In this document: one piece after another, positions 13,759 through 27,753 of the stretch
Layout: every line of letters begins with the position of its first letter
Position numbering within the stretch: position 1 is the stretch's first letter
Assembly: GCF_009914755.1 (NCBI RefSeq)
Contig: NC_060945.1
Source: the human T2T-CHM13v2.0 reference genome, Homo sapiens
DNA: 64,000 nucleotides
Direction: 5' to 3' (one strand)
The notes under the pieces: generated by a model
Told to the model about the DNA's origin: nothing
Database searches by the model: none
What the model saw: only the letters and a program-made list of their open reading frames with translations
Position numbers and translations under genes: made by a program

Positions 13759-15303
13759 AATATCTTCTTTTGAAAAGAGTCTGTTCATATTCTGTGCCCA
13801 CTTTTTGATGGTTTTTTGTGTGTGTGTGTGTGAATTTGTTTAAGTTCCTTGTAGATTCTGGATATTAGACCTCTGACACATGGATAGAGTGCAAAAATTT
13901 TCTTTCACTCTGTAGGTTGCCTGGTCACTCTGGTGATAGCTTCTTTTGCTGTGCAGAAGCTCGTTAGTTTAGTTAGATCTCATTTGTCAATTTTAGCTTT
14001 TGTTGAGATTGCTTTTTGTATTTTATTCATGAAGTCTTTGCTCATGCCTATGTCCTGAATGGTATTGCCTAGGTTTTCTTCTAGGGTTTTTATGGTTTGG
14101 TGTTTTACATTTAAGACTTTAATCCATCTTAAGATAATGTTTGTATAAGGTGTAAGGAAGGGGTACAGTTTCTGTTTTCTGAATGTGGCTAGCCAGTTCT
14201 TTCAGCACCATTTGGTAAGTAGGAAATCTTTCCCCATTGCTTGTTTTTGTCAGGTTTGTCGGAGATCAGATGGTTGTAGATGTGTGATGTTATTTCTGAG
14301 GCCTCTGTTCTGTTCCATTGGTCTATATATCTGTTTTGGTATGAGTACTGTGCTGTTTTGATTACTGTAGCCTTGTAGTATAGTTTGAAGTCTGGTAGCA
14401 GGATGCCTCAAGCTTTGTTGTTTTTGCTTAGGATTGTTTTGGGTTGACCGGCAAACAGGCTCGTATATTTGGGTTCACATGCCCAGAGTATCACAGCTAA
14501 TTAAGACGTGAGCTGAGACTTGAAATGCACATGCTCTTTCCCTTACCTGGGTCTGTTGTATAATGCATCTTAGCAGCTATGTAACAGTAGGAATTAGAAT
14601 ATTTAGACATGTTTTTAGCAACTTTTTAACCTGCATTTTGGTAACGCGGTAAAGACCTTCATCCCGTCCTTGAGCCCCTCTCTCACAACACTGCACCCCA
14701 CTGCTGACCACACTGTGGAGTGGCCATTAGGAATCAGGGGGGCAGCGGGGGCTGGAAATAAATAAGAAAGGATTATGTTGCCCAAATTTGCTCACCTTAG
14801 AAAGTCTCTTCAACCATTCTGTGTGAGGTGATTTTTCCAAGGTAATTGTGCCCTGACTGCGCTGGATGTCAGTGTGTCTTGTCTTTTTGAAAATCACTGG
14901 ATTACTCTCATGAACGGGGTATTTCTCTTTCTATTTGAAAACGGTCAACTGTCCTCTGCAGGTGTCCTGATTTGCTAGTTTAGACACTGAAGGTAGCGGT
15001 GAGAAAATATTTGGGCCACATCAGAATACCTATTCTCAGCTGGAGGATATATAGAAATTTCTTAATAATATCTAACCATTTTCTCAATAACCATTATATT
15101 TAACATTGATAGCTTGGAGGGCAGGGAAGGACACAGATGACACAATCTTCAAAGTTTAATTTATTTATAAGGTTTTTTTTTTGTTCTTGTTCAGTTTTGC
15201 TTAGTTTTTGGATACAAGGTCTTGCTCTGGTGCCCAGGCTGGAGGGCAGTGGCATAATGATAACTCATAATTTGGTTGTAACGGTTCTTTAAAATATATT
15301 TTT

Positions 15304-15565
15304 GCTGAGAGTGCTAGCTCACACCTGTAATGTAAACACTTTAGGTGGCCAAGGTGGGATTATCGCTTGATCCCAGGAGTTCAAGATGAGTCTGAGCAAC
15401 ATAAGTAGGCTCAGTCTCTAGAAAAAAATTAAAAAATTGTCTGGGTGTAGCTTTGCATGCCTGTAGTCCCAGCTACTTGAGAGGCTGATTTGAAAGCATC
15501 ACTGGAGCCTAAGAATTTGAAGATGCAGTGACCCATGATTCAGCCACTGCATTGACAGAGTGAGA
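15304..15565 (+). mobile_element. Diverged AluJ (a minus-strand Alu 3' fragment precedes it at 15173-15270)
   Basis: gctcacacctgtaat...cccaggagttcaag...cctgtagtcccagctacttgagaggctga. Confidence 0.8.
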
Positions 15566-17736
15566 TATGTGTGTGTGTGTCTGTGTGTGTGTATAAAGAA
15601 TTTGTATGTGAAAAAAATTCAAGCACAGGATAAAAGTGAAAGCCCATGGTGGGGGATGTGGAGAAGGGTCAGTGTGGCTCCAGCACCTCAGTGAGACTTG
15701 GTTTTCCATCTTGAAGAATTGCCCATCCACACTGAAACCATAGCCTAACATATGCCAGTTCTCACACTACACCTGCTGGGATACCAGTATGTAGCCTTTT
15801 GAAAAAAATAAAATCTTTCACCTAAGAGAAGGACAAGAGAAAACGAGGGTTTCACATCTAAAGCCTTCATTTTGTTTATGAATCAACAGCCACTTGTCAT
15901 TTGAATTGTCCAGAGGCGACTGACAGCACCAATACACTTAATGAATCAACCAGGAAAAATGGGCCTCTCAGGTGAGGAGGAGGCACAATGGTCACAAAAC
16001 CCAATCCGTTCTCAGCTTTGCATGGTGCTCGCATCTCAAGAAGTGGTGTTAGCCATGTGAACCGTGTTCACTGGACAAGGCCAGAGGAAAGAATATTTAG
16101 TACAACACAACTATGGGGCTGCAAATCAAACTGGTAGTGAGAGCATGCATGAGGCTTCAGTGGCCGAGACACTGGTGGCTACCCTTCGGTGTCACTTAAA
16201 CCTTTGAGGTGAAGGACATCTTTTTTCCCAACTGGCTCAGAGAAACCAATCAACATTAAAATTGAGATTTGTTTTTCTTTTCAAAATTTCTAAGACATAG
16301 AGGACTCTCTAACACTCCAAAAGAGATTCAGCTATACATGCAGCTGAGGACCTGCCTGCTCTGTAGAGGGATGGCAGAGCAGCGGCCACCAGCTTTAGTA
16401 GCTTTAAGCTCCTCTTCTCATAGGGACAGGTCACCCCCACACAACCCCCCTAACTTCATAGGCTCTGGCTGTCAGGTGCACCTGGGGGACTGTCTTCCTC
16501 CCATCTCATTAGCTCTCGAAGACAGTTCAGCTCAATCTAAAACCTACCTTAGGATGGTGAGTTGTAGGCTCTCCTCCATTCTCCCAGCGCAGTGTGACTT
16601 CTGGAGAGTGCTTCTCCATCCTCTTACCTCAGATGATGTGAAAAGAGCTGCTTCCCGGGTAGTTAGATGTTCAGTGACATAACAGGCCCAGCATGCGCAG
16701 GGCCTGGCCCCACAGCCTGGCACGTCTCCCCTACCTGGCCTTCACGCTGGACTTTTCTCTTCTGCCACAAATATCAGGTGATGATCACCTCTGCCACACT
16801 CTCATGAGCTTGGTAAGTAGCAGGGGTGTAAACCCCAACAGATTTCCTGTGACTCTACCCTCTTACCACACACTCAAGTGACATTATAAGCATACTTTTA
16901 CATTTGATCTTATTTATGCATAATTTTTTTATAACATTTCTGACAACAGCCCACACAACGAAATGAGTCTGGCTTACAGAACACACGGGCGAGGCTGGGG
17001 TAGCATGTTTCAATTACTTTATTCCAATGTGAAATGAAGACTGATGATTTAAAAACAAGACAAAGTTGTTTATCAGCTGTGGGGTGGCTACACTTGCTAG
17101 CTCATGCTCACTTCCTTTGAAACAAGGTATCTGGACAGACCATATTCATAAGTAGCTCTTCGCAAAACCCCAGACAGAAGCCCCAGTCAGACACAGCTCC
17201 CTCAGGCTCACAGGGCAGCAACCTCCTCCTCCATGTTAGGCTCTGACAGCAGGCAAGGGAAGAAGCACAGGCCACAGGGGACAGGGAGATGTCCCGGACT
17301 GTAGGAATCCCCAAATGCCCCAGAAGTATTCTCTGTAGAAAGGCACACGCAGGTCTCACTGTGTCAGTGCAGTGGCTGAATCATGGGTCACTGCAGCCTC
17401 AAACTCTTAGGCTCCAGTGATGCTTTCACCTCAGCCTCTCAAGTAGCTGTATGGCAAAAAGCCTCCCATTTTTTTACTTAAAACCTGGACTTTAAGCCAG
17501 TTTGGACCTGTGGATAGTGGCAGCAAAAGCAGCAGCCAAATGTATACACTCCAGATGTCTACACTCATGGGCACAGGCATATTCCACACTTGCTGGAGCA
17601 CGAGAGGCCTGAGAGGCACCTGTTTCCCAGTTGCTAACTGATGTCCATACACCCCATTCACGTGTCTTCATTTAGGTTTCTGCATAGTGTATTTGCTCAG
17701 CCACTGTAAACACATCTTCTGGGGGGCATCATTAAT

Positions 17737-20700
17737 TGCAGCACCTGCCCCACTTGTTCTGGGAGGGAGTCAGGAGGAATCTGGTCAGCTCCTAATCCCC
17801 CAGGACAAAGGTACTGCCCCCTTTTCAGCACTCACATCCAGCAATGCCATCTCTGGATGGGTTTTTCAAACACAAGCAGTATGAGGTAGCAAGAATGGTG
17901 TGACAGGCTCAGGGCCATGGGCAGCCGGTTGCTGGAGAAGCAGCACAGGGCAGGCACATCTGTGGGTGGCACTATGACAAGCCAAGGCAGCCACAGACCC
18001 TAATCCCAACAGCTCCAGCCCAGATGGCATTCAAATCTTCCCAGATAGTATTGGGGTACCCTATGCCCATCACTTGCCTGCTCATTAGCACGGCCTTGTT
18101 GGTTACTCAGGGACTAAGGAGAGAGGGTGGGGGATGTAGATCCAGGGTGGGCACCGCCTCACAGCCAGAGTCCACCTGACTGCAGGCCAGCAAGCAAGCC
18201 CAAGCAGCTCAGCTCTAGTCACCTCTGGCTGTACTTTATGTGTATACATTACATAAAGGTAGCAAACAGAGGTCAACATTAGCTGTTGTGACATGAAAGT
18301 CTATGCCTCATTAAGACCTTAAAATGCTGTTGTCTTAAGCTCTCTTTATTCTAATAAAATTTATACAAATAAACACATGCAAGCTGAAACTACTATAAAT
18401 GAAATATTAGGATTTTTTAAACCCATAAACAGACACGAAGACAGTCACTGTTTGATTGCAGAGAAAGTGAGCTTCTAAAGCAGCTGACCACAAAACAGCC
18501 TCACCAAACCCCAGGCAGGCCAGGCAGTCTGAACACTACAAGGCCACGTGATGGTCACAGAGGATGACAGCTCCCGTGAGTATTGCAAGGCACTGTGTTA
18601 GCTTCTCACTCACAGTCTCAGAAAACCCTGTGAGGGGAGGCCCCGTCTCACTAGAGCACAGGAGGTTCCTGAGCTTTTCCCAGAAAATGGTCATCAAACG
18701 ATGGAGCAGGGGGAAGCCCAGACAGAACAAGTGAGTCCCTAGGGTCTCCTTAACCTCCCTCAGCTCCTCCACATGGGTCCCTGAGGGAAAGTGAGCAGCC
18801 TCCTAACCCCCTTGATAGGGTTCCAGTCCTGCAGGTCGGACTCTCTTATTTTATGCTACCATAGCGGGTGACAATGCAACCCCAGGCCCCTTATTTGCCA
18901 TCCCTCAATGCCAGGCCAGGCCCAGAGTCCTTTGCTAACACAGCCCAGGGGATGCTCAAGGCCCACCTCGGCACAGTCACCTGTAGTGTACTGAGATGAG
19001 CAAGGAGGTGCAAGTAGACACAAATCCCCATGGGCTTGGCCTCAGGCATGTTCCACAGGCTCAGGGCCTCGCTGATGAGCTCACAGCCCTCCTTCAGGAA
19101 GCCTGCAGATCACACCCTCAGGGAGCAGTGCTCAGATGAGCAGGCAGGCCCCACATCCCCCACCCCATGACGCTCTGTTCCACTTTGCAGGCTTCTGCAT
19201 TGGCCAGTCCCCACTGCTTTCTGGTGAGATGTCCGAGTTGAAGTGAGTGTTGAATGCCACACAGCTGATGGGGCTCACTGCCTTGCCCATGTTGTAAATC
19301 ACCTCCTGGCTTCAAGGGTCAGCTGCGGAGACACAGCTTGATGGGAGGTAGGCCCACTCCACCATCAGTAGTGCTGGGTTGCCCTGATCTGCACCTTCCA
19401 GGTCCTTCCTGAGATGTCTGCATGCTTCTCTAAGGGACTGGGTCACGAGACACCCCTGGCAAGAGTCAGCTGGCAGAACAGGCTGGACATTCTCCCTCAG
19501 CCTCCCCAGCAGCCCCGCCTGTGCTGTCATCTGTGCTGATGATCTCCGTGGTATGATTATGGGAAATTTTTTAAAGCATCTTTTCCCCGTTCATTTCCCT
19601 ATCTTAATAACAGCACTGATAACTTTTAAGCCCTAGCAAGCTGAAACTGCAAGACACATGATCTTCTGCCTTAGAAGGGCCATGTTTGGGCAGTGTGTGC
19701 CCAGGTGAGAGCCCCATGGTTGTTAGTGGCAGCCGGGAGCTGGATGGGCCTGGCCCCATAGCCTAGTGAAAAGTGGGACCCTCTCCTTCCAGAGCATGGA
19801 AGTCTCAGAGGCTGGAAAAAGGTGCCTGAGTGGCCTGCCAAGAAGCAGAAGGCTAGAAGGCCTGGAAAGAACCCCAACAGCCTTCAAGCTGCCTGAGAGG
19901 GCTGGGCTCATTCCAGCTTTCTTTGCTTTCATCCTGTTAGCAAGAAAACCTGCTCACAGATGGCAGGCGGGCCTGAGGCTGCCATTCCCTCATCAGGGGC
20001 TATAGGCACCTTTAATGTGGCTCTTTCTTGAAGCAGCTGCTCAGGCCGGTTCTCGAAGAGCAGTTCCCTCATTATCCACAGGTCCTTCTTCCAGCCCCGT
20101 GCCTGCAGAGGGACTAGGGAGGGAGAAAATCTCTCAGCCTGTGCCCCACAACCTGCTTTGAGACATCTCTTTTGTTACTTCCTCACAGACAGCCTGAAAC
20201 TTCCAAATGAACAGACCAGAATGGAGCCTCCAGGAAAGTGTACAGAATTCTGTCTAGTACCCAGAAGGAAGGGGGTTCCCAGTGAAGGCAGGGCCAGGCT
20301 GCATGCACCTCTTCAAAAATATTCTCCTCATAGTCCACCCTCAAGGTGTACATCCTCTGTGTGCTTGCAGTCCATGGCAGCCTCTGCCTTGGGAACCGTC
20401 CAGCTGCACACCTGCAATATGGTGGTGACCCTCTTGAATGGATGGTTCTGGGCCCCATTGCAGGCAGCAGATAGGGAGATGCTCAGCCCATCAAGCCCAG
20501 AGCCCTGCCACAGGCTTCTTTGAGGCCTCCACCTGCTCTGGGTTCTTGCCCTGAGAGGCTGCCCTGAAGTCAAACAGAAGCAGGTGGGACTCTCTTCCAC
20601 AGCTGCTCTCTCTCCCACTGACAGCTCCCTAGAGGGTAACTCAGACAGAGAAGATAGAATTCTCAGGCAGAAGGACAGGAGTTTCGGCTGCCGATTCATT

Positions 20701-21621
20701 CCATACCCCCACATGACATGACACAAGGCAGGGGCTGTGGGACAAAGTCATTGCCTTTCCTTCTGGCATGAGGAATGCCTTAGGAAGCAGGTCTGGTGGG
20801 GCTAGGGTTGAGCGATAGGCTTCAGACCACAAGGAGTGGATGGACACTGAGCAAGTATCCTGGTTATCTGTCCACAGATCCAGAACAAGTGGCATCCCAG
20901 GAGCCTGGGAGGGGCTGGCAGAGACTTACTGTGTCCAGCAAAAGCCCCATGTGGATGCGGTAATGCTGCCTGCTGGTCCTTGGCTGTAATTACAAACAGG
21001 TACATGAGGTCCCCATGGATCTTGCAGCTCTCAGGGAGTGGGTTCCAGCTGCTCATGGTAGGCACTTTTAGTCACTGAACGTGCTTCAGGAATGGCCAAG
21101 CTTGATTAAGCCAGGCGTCTTGCTGTGAGACCCTCCACCCAACTGAGGACCCTCTTCCTTGTCCCCCCTGACAGTTTACCTTCCAGTTCTGGTTCTGGAG
21201 ACACGATGGCCCTTCTTGGGCCCCTGGGAGAATGTGCTCAGATGACACACAGTCGACAGGACCCATTTCCAAGCCATTCTTCCATTTCCCACTGTTTGAG
21301 GGGCCGAGGCCGGTGATCAGCACAGGGCCACCCAGGGCCAGCTGTCTGCACCTAAACGTCATGTTGGTCTGGATGTCTCAGGGCCAGAACTCTCCAGGTA
21401 AGATGGCCTGGTCCTCAGCACCTGGCCTCCATGCTCCTTTTTCCTCTGTTCAATCCTGGCCCCAATGCCTCCCGCAACTCTCAGGTCACCATTGGAGAAG
21501 ATGCTCAGGAAGAACAAGGAGCTGCAGTCAACCCTGCTGAAGGTGGCATATGGGTCCAGGCTCTTGAGCTGGTCTTTGACATGGTACATGTGGATGCAGG
21601 CTTTGAGCAGTGTGAGTAGCT
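17737..21621 (-). pseudogene. CLUH: Unprocessed, exon-depleted CLUH pseudogene (left copy)
   Basis: Exon remnants in CLUH order: 21478-21621 (HVKDQLKSLDPYATFSRVDCSSLFFLSIFSNGDL vs CLUH [34 protein letters not shown]), 21180-21295 (GLEMGPVDC..EHILPG), 20930-21083 (TMSSWNP...HGDLMYLFVITA), 20309-20456 (HPFKRVTT.LQVCSWT...AMDC), 20010-20102 (93 nt), ~19222-19323, 18967-19102 (GFLKEGCELI), ~18035-18113, 17836-17959. Many have splice-like borders; stops and frameshifts are present. Confidence 0.92.
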
Positions 21622-21789
21622 CTTTCCGGAAGGAGGGGAAAACGGTGTTACCAGGGTCCTACACCCTAGAACGACCCATCTAGCACAGAAAACAGTTTGC
21701 AACGTGCTATTATGTGTGATTTTAATTTTGGGCTTTAGGCTTTCATTTCCAAATTCCACAATAAACACATAAGGTGGAGTTCTGATTTC

Positions 21790-21852
21790 AACACACACAC
21801 ACACACACACACACAAGCACACACACACATTCTCTCTCTCTCCCTCTCTCTT
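21790..21852. repeat. (CA)n-(CT)n compound microsatellite
   Basis: Seen directly; much shorter in the mirror copy at ~54235-54266. Confidence 0.9.
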
Positions 21853-23624
21853 AGAATCTTCCAGTGCATTCACACTGAAAGCCGAAGTCCTCCCAGAATC
21901 TTGTGAGAACCTAAATGATCTGAATAGTTTGTCATTGCTTTTGGGGATCTGGGAAAATCTCTGCACATTTCTGGACACCGCTGTTATGCCATTTTTAATA
22001 AATCTGTTGTGCTTCAATTCAGAAGTGTGTGAGGGGAGTTGTGGAGGAATTGGCATTTGGGTTAGAAATTCCAGGAACAACAGAGACAGATGACACCTGT
22101 TTTCTGCTTCATAATGTCAAGTTTTATGAAGGCTAAAACCTAATTCTACAAAAAAATTAGACTGAAAAACTTTATAGGCAAAAATTATCTTATTAAATAG
22201 GAAAATCTAATTATTTTATTTTAAAATTTTCTTTTCTTTAGTAGGACCTAATCATAGAAATTTAAACACTGTATGCCAACAGCCTCTACTGTAGGATGGT
22301 TTATTGTAAGTACTCATTTTACAGATTTCTTACAAAAACTTTTTCCGTAAGGGAAATTAGAATATTGTTCAACATATATTGAATTCACAATTATTACCTT
22401 ATTTCTCACTTATTATTTTATGATTCTGTTTTCTTTAATATGAAGATTACTATGACTGTGTTTTCACTTTCTGAATGATCATGTGTCACATTTTTCTGTA
22501 ATTTCAGTTTGAGAAGTTGTAAAACAGCATGCTCAAATGTATATGTTATGTATCAATTATATAATTAATTATTAAAATATTTGGCTTGTATGTTTAATTG
22601 ACTCTAGGCACAATATTACTATTAGCATTTTCTTCCAGTTTTCCCAACTTTTATTTGACTAATAGTACAATTTATTTCCAGTTTTTATTTTATCTGTCAA
22701 TGTTTTATACTGTATTTACAATATTTATATTGTTACCATATGTAAAAATGTAAGACCTTTCTATTAAAGGCTAGATTACAGCCTTACCCTTTTGGGTAAG
22801 GAAAGAAGCAATGCATCAGTAGCATAATTTAAAACTTTCTCTAGTATTACTTAAATTTTTATTCCTTAAAACTTTCTCATCACATCTCTTTTTAATAATT
22901 ATAATATGGTTTCTTTGAAATGTTGTTGCCCTAATTGTATCCAAATAATTCAAAATTTATACTTTTTATGGATTCAAAGGAAGAGTTGAAAATTGTAGTT
23001 ACCTAGGATTCTTTTTCAGTTGGACACTATGTTTATTCAGGATTTTATAGATCAAAGTTTCTCTTAATTATGTTTTAGAATTTATGTTTCTGTATTTTTT
23101 AGAGTAGGCTGTCTCACAGCAGTTAATTGTGTTTTTACTTTCTACCTATTTATTATGATTTTGAATTACATTATTCAAGTAAGAATTCGGGGAAGGTTTC
23201 TTTTAAGTTTGTTTTGCAATTTTGCATTTCTGTGTTTCGTGTTTTAGGGTAGGGCACCTTACATCAGTTTATTGTTTTTAGTTTGAATTTATATAATATA
23301 ATTTTCTATGACAATATTCAAATCTGTACAGCTTAAGACAGTGTGAGGCAAAAAATATGAACCATCCCTATGGTCTTTTGTTAATATAATGATTTAATTG
23401 TTTGTTTGCTTGTATAAATATTGCCCCTATTTTGTTTATGACTTGTGTTATTTTCTTCTTGTTTGATGGACAATAATTGATTCTGTCTAAGTGAGTAATC
23501 ATGGAAATTGTCTTAATTTCAACATCTATTGTTTATATTATCCTAGTGTGAAAGAAAGACTTATGCGATTTGAAGATAATTTTTCAAAAACTTTGTAACT
23601 CTCTCTCTTCAGGTGTCTTTACTT

Positions 23625-23912
23625 ATTTATTTATTTTTTGACAGACTCTCACCCTGTCGCCAAAGTGCAGTGGCACAATCTTGGCTCACTGCAACCTCCA
23701 CCTCCCAGGTTAAAGCAATTCTCCAGCTGCTGCCTCTTGAGTAGCTGGCATTAAAAGTGTGCACTACCACGCCTGGTTAATTTTTGTGTTTTTCATAGAG
23801 CTGGGGTTTCACCATGTTGGCCAGGCTGGTCTTGAACTCATGGCCTCAAGTAATCTGCATGCCTCAGCCTCCCAGAGTGCTGAGATTACAGGCATGAGCC
23901 ATCTCTCTTGGC
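23625..23912 (-). mobile_element. Alu (AluJ/S)
   Basis: gtgcagtggcacaatcttggctcactgcaacctcc...ggtttcaccatgttggccaggctgg. Confidence 0.9.
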
Positions 23913-23924
23913 CCTTGGGTGTCA

Positions 23925-24840
23925 TTTTTAATTTCGATTGTGGTAAAAATACATAACATAAAATTTAGAATCTTTAATATTTTTTCTTATACAGTTCAGT
24001 CATGTTAATGTATTTACATTGCTTTGCAACATATTTGTAAAACTTTTTTCTTTTGCAAAACTGAAACTCAGGACACATGAAATGACAACTACCCATTTTC
24101 CTTACAACCTGGCTCCTGATAAAAATCATTCTATTTTCTGTTTCTAAGTTTCAATACTTTAGATATTACATATAAGTAGAATCATAGAGTATCTGTTTTA
24201 TTGTGACTAATTTTACTTAGCATCATGTTCTCAAGATTTCTCTTTATTGTGGATGGTACAAGATTTTCTGCCTTTAAAAGCTGAGTAATATTCCATTACT
24301 TTTGTATTACAAATTATATTTATTTATTCATTCTATGAGGAAAGTTTGTGTTGCTTTCACCTATTGGCCTTTGTGAATAATGCTGCAATGAATATTGGTA
24401 TGCAAATAGCTATTTGCTCATATGTGTGAGGTTTACATGTGTGCTACCTTCTGTTTTATTGGAAAAATTGTCTGTCTTTATGCTAGAAACAAACTGTTTT
24501 CATTGCTGTTGCTTTGTAATGTGCTTTGAAATCAGAAAAGTTGAGGCCGCTAACATTGTTTTTTTTTAAAACATTTTTGGGCTCTTTATGGTCGCTTGAC
24601 ATTCCATATAATTTGTTGGTTCCTTTTTCTATTTCAAAAACATTGCTAATTTAAAAGGGATTGCATTGAATCTGTAACTCGCTTTAGGCATCATGAGCAT
24701 TCTTCATAATATCAAGTCTTACAACCCTTAAACATGAGCATGCTCAAAAGTGAGTTGTTTAATTTCCATATATATGTTGCTATTTTTGTTTTCATCTGTT
24801 ATTCATTTCTAGTTTTATTCCATTTTGATCAGAAATAATA
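23925..24840 (-). mobile_element. L1MB-like 3' region
   Basis: ttgtggtaaaaatacataacataaaattt...aaactgaaactc...catataagtagaatcata...gggattgcattgaatctgta. Confidence 0.75.
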
Positions 24841-26561
24841 GTCACTGAAAGGCTAAACCACTCTGGGAAGTGACCCCCATTATAGAACATTACAAAGAGA
24901 TGTGAGGGCACCACTTCTGCCCTGATGGGCTAGAGGGATGTGTTCTCTGAGATGACACGTTGCAGACAAATGCAGGGAACAATATAACCCCCTTTTCATG
25001 TAAACTCTTCCCTATTTTTCTAGAGTATTAGTGATAGTGGTGGCTTTGAAGTCTTGGGGAAGGTCTGGCAGTGCCATGAAGCTGCCTGCTACAGGTGATA
25101 CCAGGGGGGAAAAATTAAAACCATACAAACTGTAGTAACATGAATAAATACAGCCTAGTGTAAAGTAAAAACAACACAAAGGCCTTCTCTGATATTTCTA
25201 CAAGAATGTAAAAAGGGACTTTACACTTAAGCAAGCTGCCTTTGGGACTAGTTAAGGCTAGATTTTTGGGAGGCAGATCTTTGGGTCACTCATGGAAATC
25301 CCCTAAGAGAGAGCCCAGAGAAATTCCATATTTGGGTCTGGATCCTGGGCCCATCCTGGTTTTGTCAGATCCCTGTCTGTAGAGACCCCCATGTGCCTGC
25401 TCTCACCGTAACTCACTGTATGCCATGCTTGGGGGTGTGGTGAACCTGCCAGTTGTCCAAGGAGATGGGGGACTTGAACCCATCAAATATCTGCTCAATG
25501 ATTTCAATGAAACTCTACAAAGAGTGTTCCCAGCAGCGAAGCAGAAAAAAAAAAAGAAAAAAGAAAAAAAATTAATTATCTCCTTTGTTTTTACCACCAG
25601 GTGACATCTCCATTAGAAATTCTGTTTCCTAGATCAGGAACATAGGAGTATCTGCATAGACCCCCAGCCAATGAGGAAACCCGAGGACAGCTTAAGGCCT
25701 TGGGATTCACATCTGAGTAGACACACTTGGTCCACAATGCTCAACTTTTTATTCCACCAGCCATGACCTGGGTACGAACATGACATACCTGCCAGGGTTC
25801 CAATGCCTTACAACCTGCCCCTGTGAGAAAGAGCCCCCTCCTTTCCTGCTCCCCCTGCAACACATGATAATGGTAGGCAGGGTCGGGTTGCCCAGATTAG
25901 ATGAGACGGTTGGCCTGGCATGGACGGACCTGACCTGGGCTTCACTGTGTTACCTGTGTTTGCCTCTTGTCGAATGGCCAGTGGTATCAAGGATGTGGGC
26001 TGATCCAATATGTATATTGCCAGAAAAAGCTCTCACTTTGAGCCTTTCTCAGGCAACAGATTAGGAATATAGCACACAATGAGAACACAGTGATCTCTCA
26101 AGCATCTCCCATGAAATTAGCTAGATACAGGGCTGTCTCTAGAATGTGGGTGTCTGGTTCCCAAAGTTCTAAATTCTGTTAGGTTCTGTCACAAGGGAAG
26201 TCTGTTAACTTCTTCAAGGTTTTATCCCCTGAGCACTTTTCCTCCATAAATCTATGCGAAGGCCCTGCTGGGCTGCTGATTGCTCACCCTAATCTCCCAT
26301 GTCAACTCTTTTCCTGTAAACAGTTATGCAAACACAATTATGCCCCTTACTCCCCAAAAAGATCTAAATACAGCCAGGGCCCCAGGTTTGAGAGAACAGA
26401 GTTGGGTTAAAATCTTCTTTTCCTTTTCATTTCTGTGACCATATGAAAATGACTGTGTGCTTCCGGTCTCCCCAGCCCTGAAGTATGCATAATGGGATTA
26501 TGCTAACATCAACTTCCAAAAACAGTCTTTGGTGATATATGAGATAGAATGAATCAAAATC

Positions 26562-26854
26562 AGTTGGATGCAGTGGCTCTTGCCTGTAATCTTAGCAGAT
26601 TGGTAGACCAAGGCGACGGGTGGAACACTTAAGGCCAGGGGTTTGAAACCAGCCATGGCCAGCATGGCAAAAACCCTTCTCTACTAAAAATCCAAAAATT
26701 AGCCAGGTGTGTTGATGCATGCCTGTAATCCCAGCCACTCAGGAGGCTGAGGTGTAAGAATCACTTGAGCCCAGGAAGCAGAAATTACATTAAGCCATGA
26801 TCGTGCCTCTGCACTCCAGCCTGGGTGACAGAGCGAGACTGTGTCTCAAAAAAA
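26562..26854 (+). mobile_element. Alu followed by a (TA)n-rich tract to ~27035
   Basis: Full dimeric Alu ending gactgtgtctcaaaaaaa, then TA repeats. Confidence 0.9.
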
Positions 26855-26860
26855 TATATA

Positions 26861-26911
<51 letters not shown>

Positions 26912-27220
26912 GTATATATATATAATATATTTATATATTATATATAATATATAAACTTATACATATACACCTTTATGTATAAAAGATACATATTTCATAT
27001 ATCTGTATACATAAAAGATATATATTTTATATATATGGCCTTATTTTTCCATTCTACAGCAGAAGAGGTTGAAATCAAAAGAAAATCAGATACTGTCTTC
27101 TGGCATTAAATATTCCAGTGCTGTGCATTATATTTGGAATCACATGTATATGCCTCATCTCAGCCTATGTGGTGGGCGCCCCCAACAAAGTCTCACAACA
27201 ACACTAAGTTGTGAGTGACT

Positions 27221-27718
27221 CTGTTATTTAAAAACGCAGCTCACCGCTCAGTGCCTCAGAAGCCGATACTATAACACCGGGTTTCCAACAAAGACATTGG
27301 ATTCCAGCTGAAGCCTCTTTCCCTGTGCTTACTTAAAGGTAGTAATATTCTCAGAAAGGTTTAGGAGGTGGCTTCTTGTTTAGCAGGGAATTGCTGAAAG
27401 GAAAAATGTATGGAAAGTCACTGGGCATGAACAGCCATCTTTTCTTGCTACACACAGGTCATGTGCAAATTTGGGGACAGTTAGTACAAAACATGTGATG
27501 GAAATTTGGGCTCTTACATCAGTGAGCTTATTTCACACAGACTCTAGTTGACCATATTGGTTCCGACCAATTTTAGCCACTTTTTAGAAGTCTCATAAGT
27601 GGAATAAATTTCAGTCTTTCGACAAGTTCTATCTTTTCTTATCCGTCATTCTGCAAACTGAAGAATTTCTGCTAGTCATTGGTTGAACTCTTTGGGGACC
27701 TGTTTCTAGTTTCTGTCA
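27221..27718 (-). mobile_element. ERV1-class LTR (subfamily uncertain)
   Basis: TG...CA termini; the mirror copy reads TGACAGAAACTAG...ctaaaattggtcggaaccaatatgg...AATAACA. Confidence 0.5.
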
Positions 27719-27753
27719 AAGAGAATACAACAAATGTGATAGGTTATCACTTC

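Noticed and set aside
21505-22080. 191-aa ORF
   Set aside because: It crosses a CA/CT microsatellite, is out of frame with the CLUH homology, and is split in the mirror copy.
25872-25925. 5S rRNA-like motif (gcagggtcggg...gatgagac)
   Set aside because: The match is too short and the rest of 5S is not recognisable.
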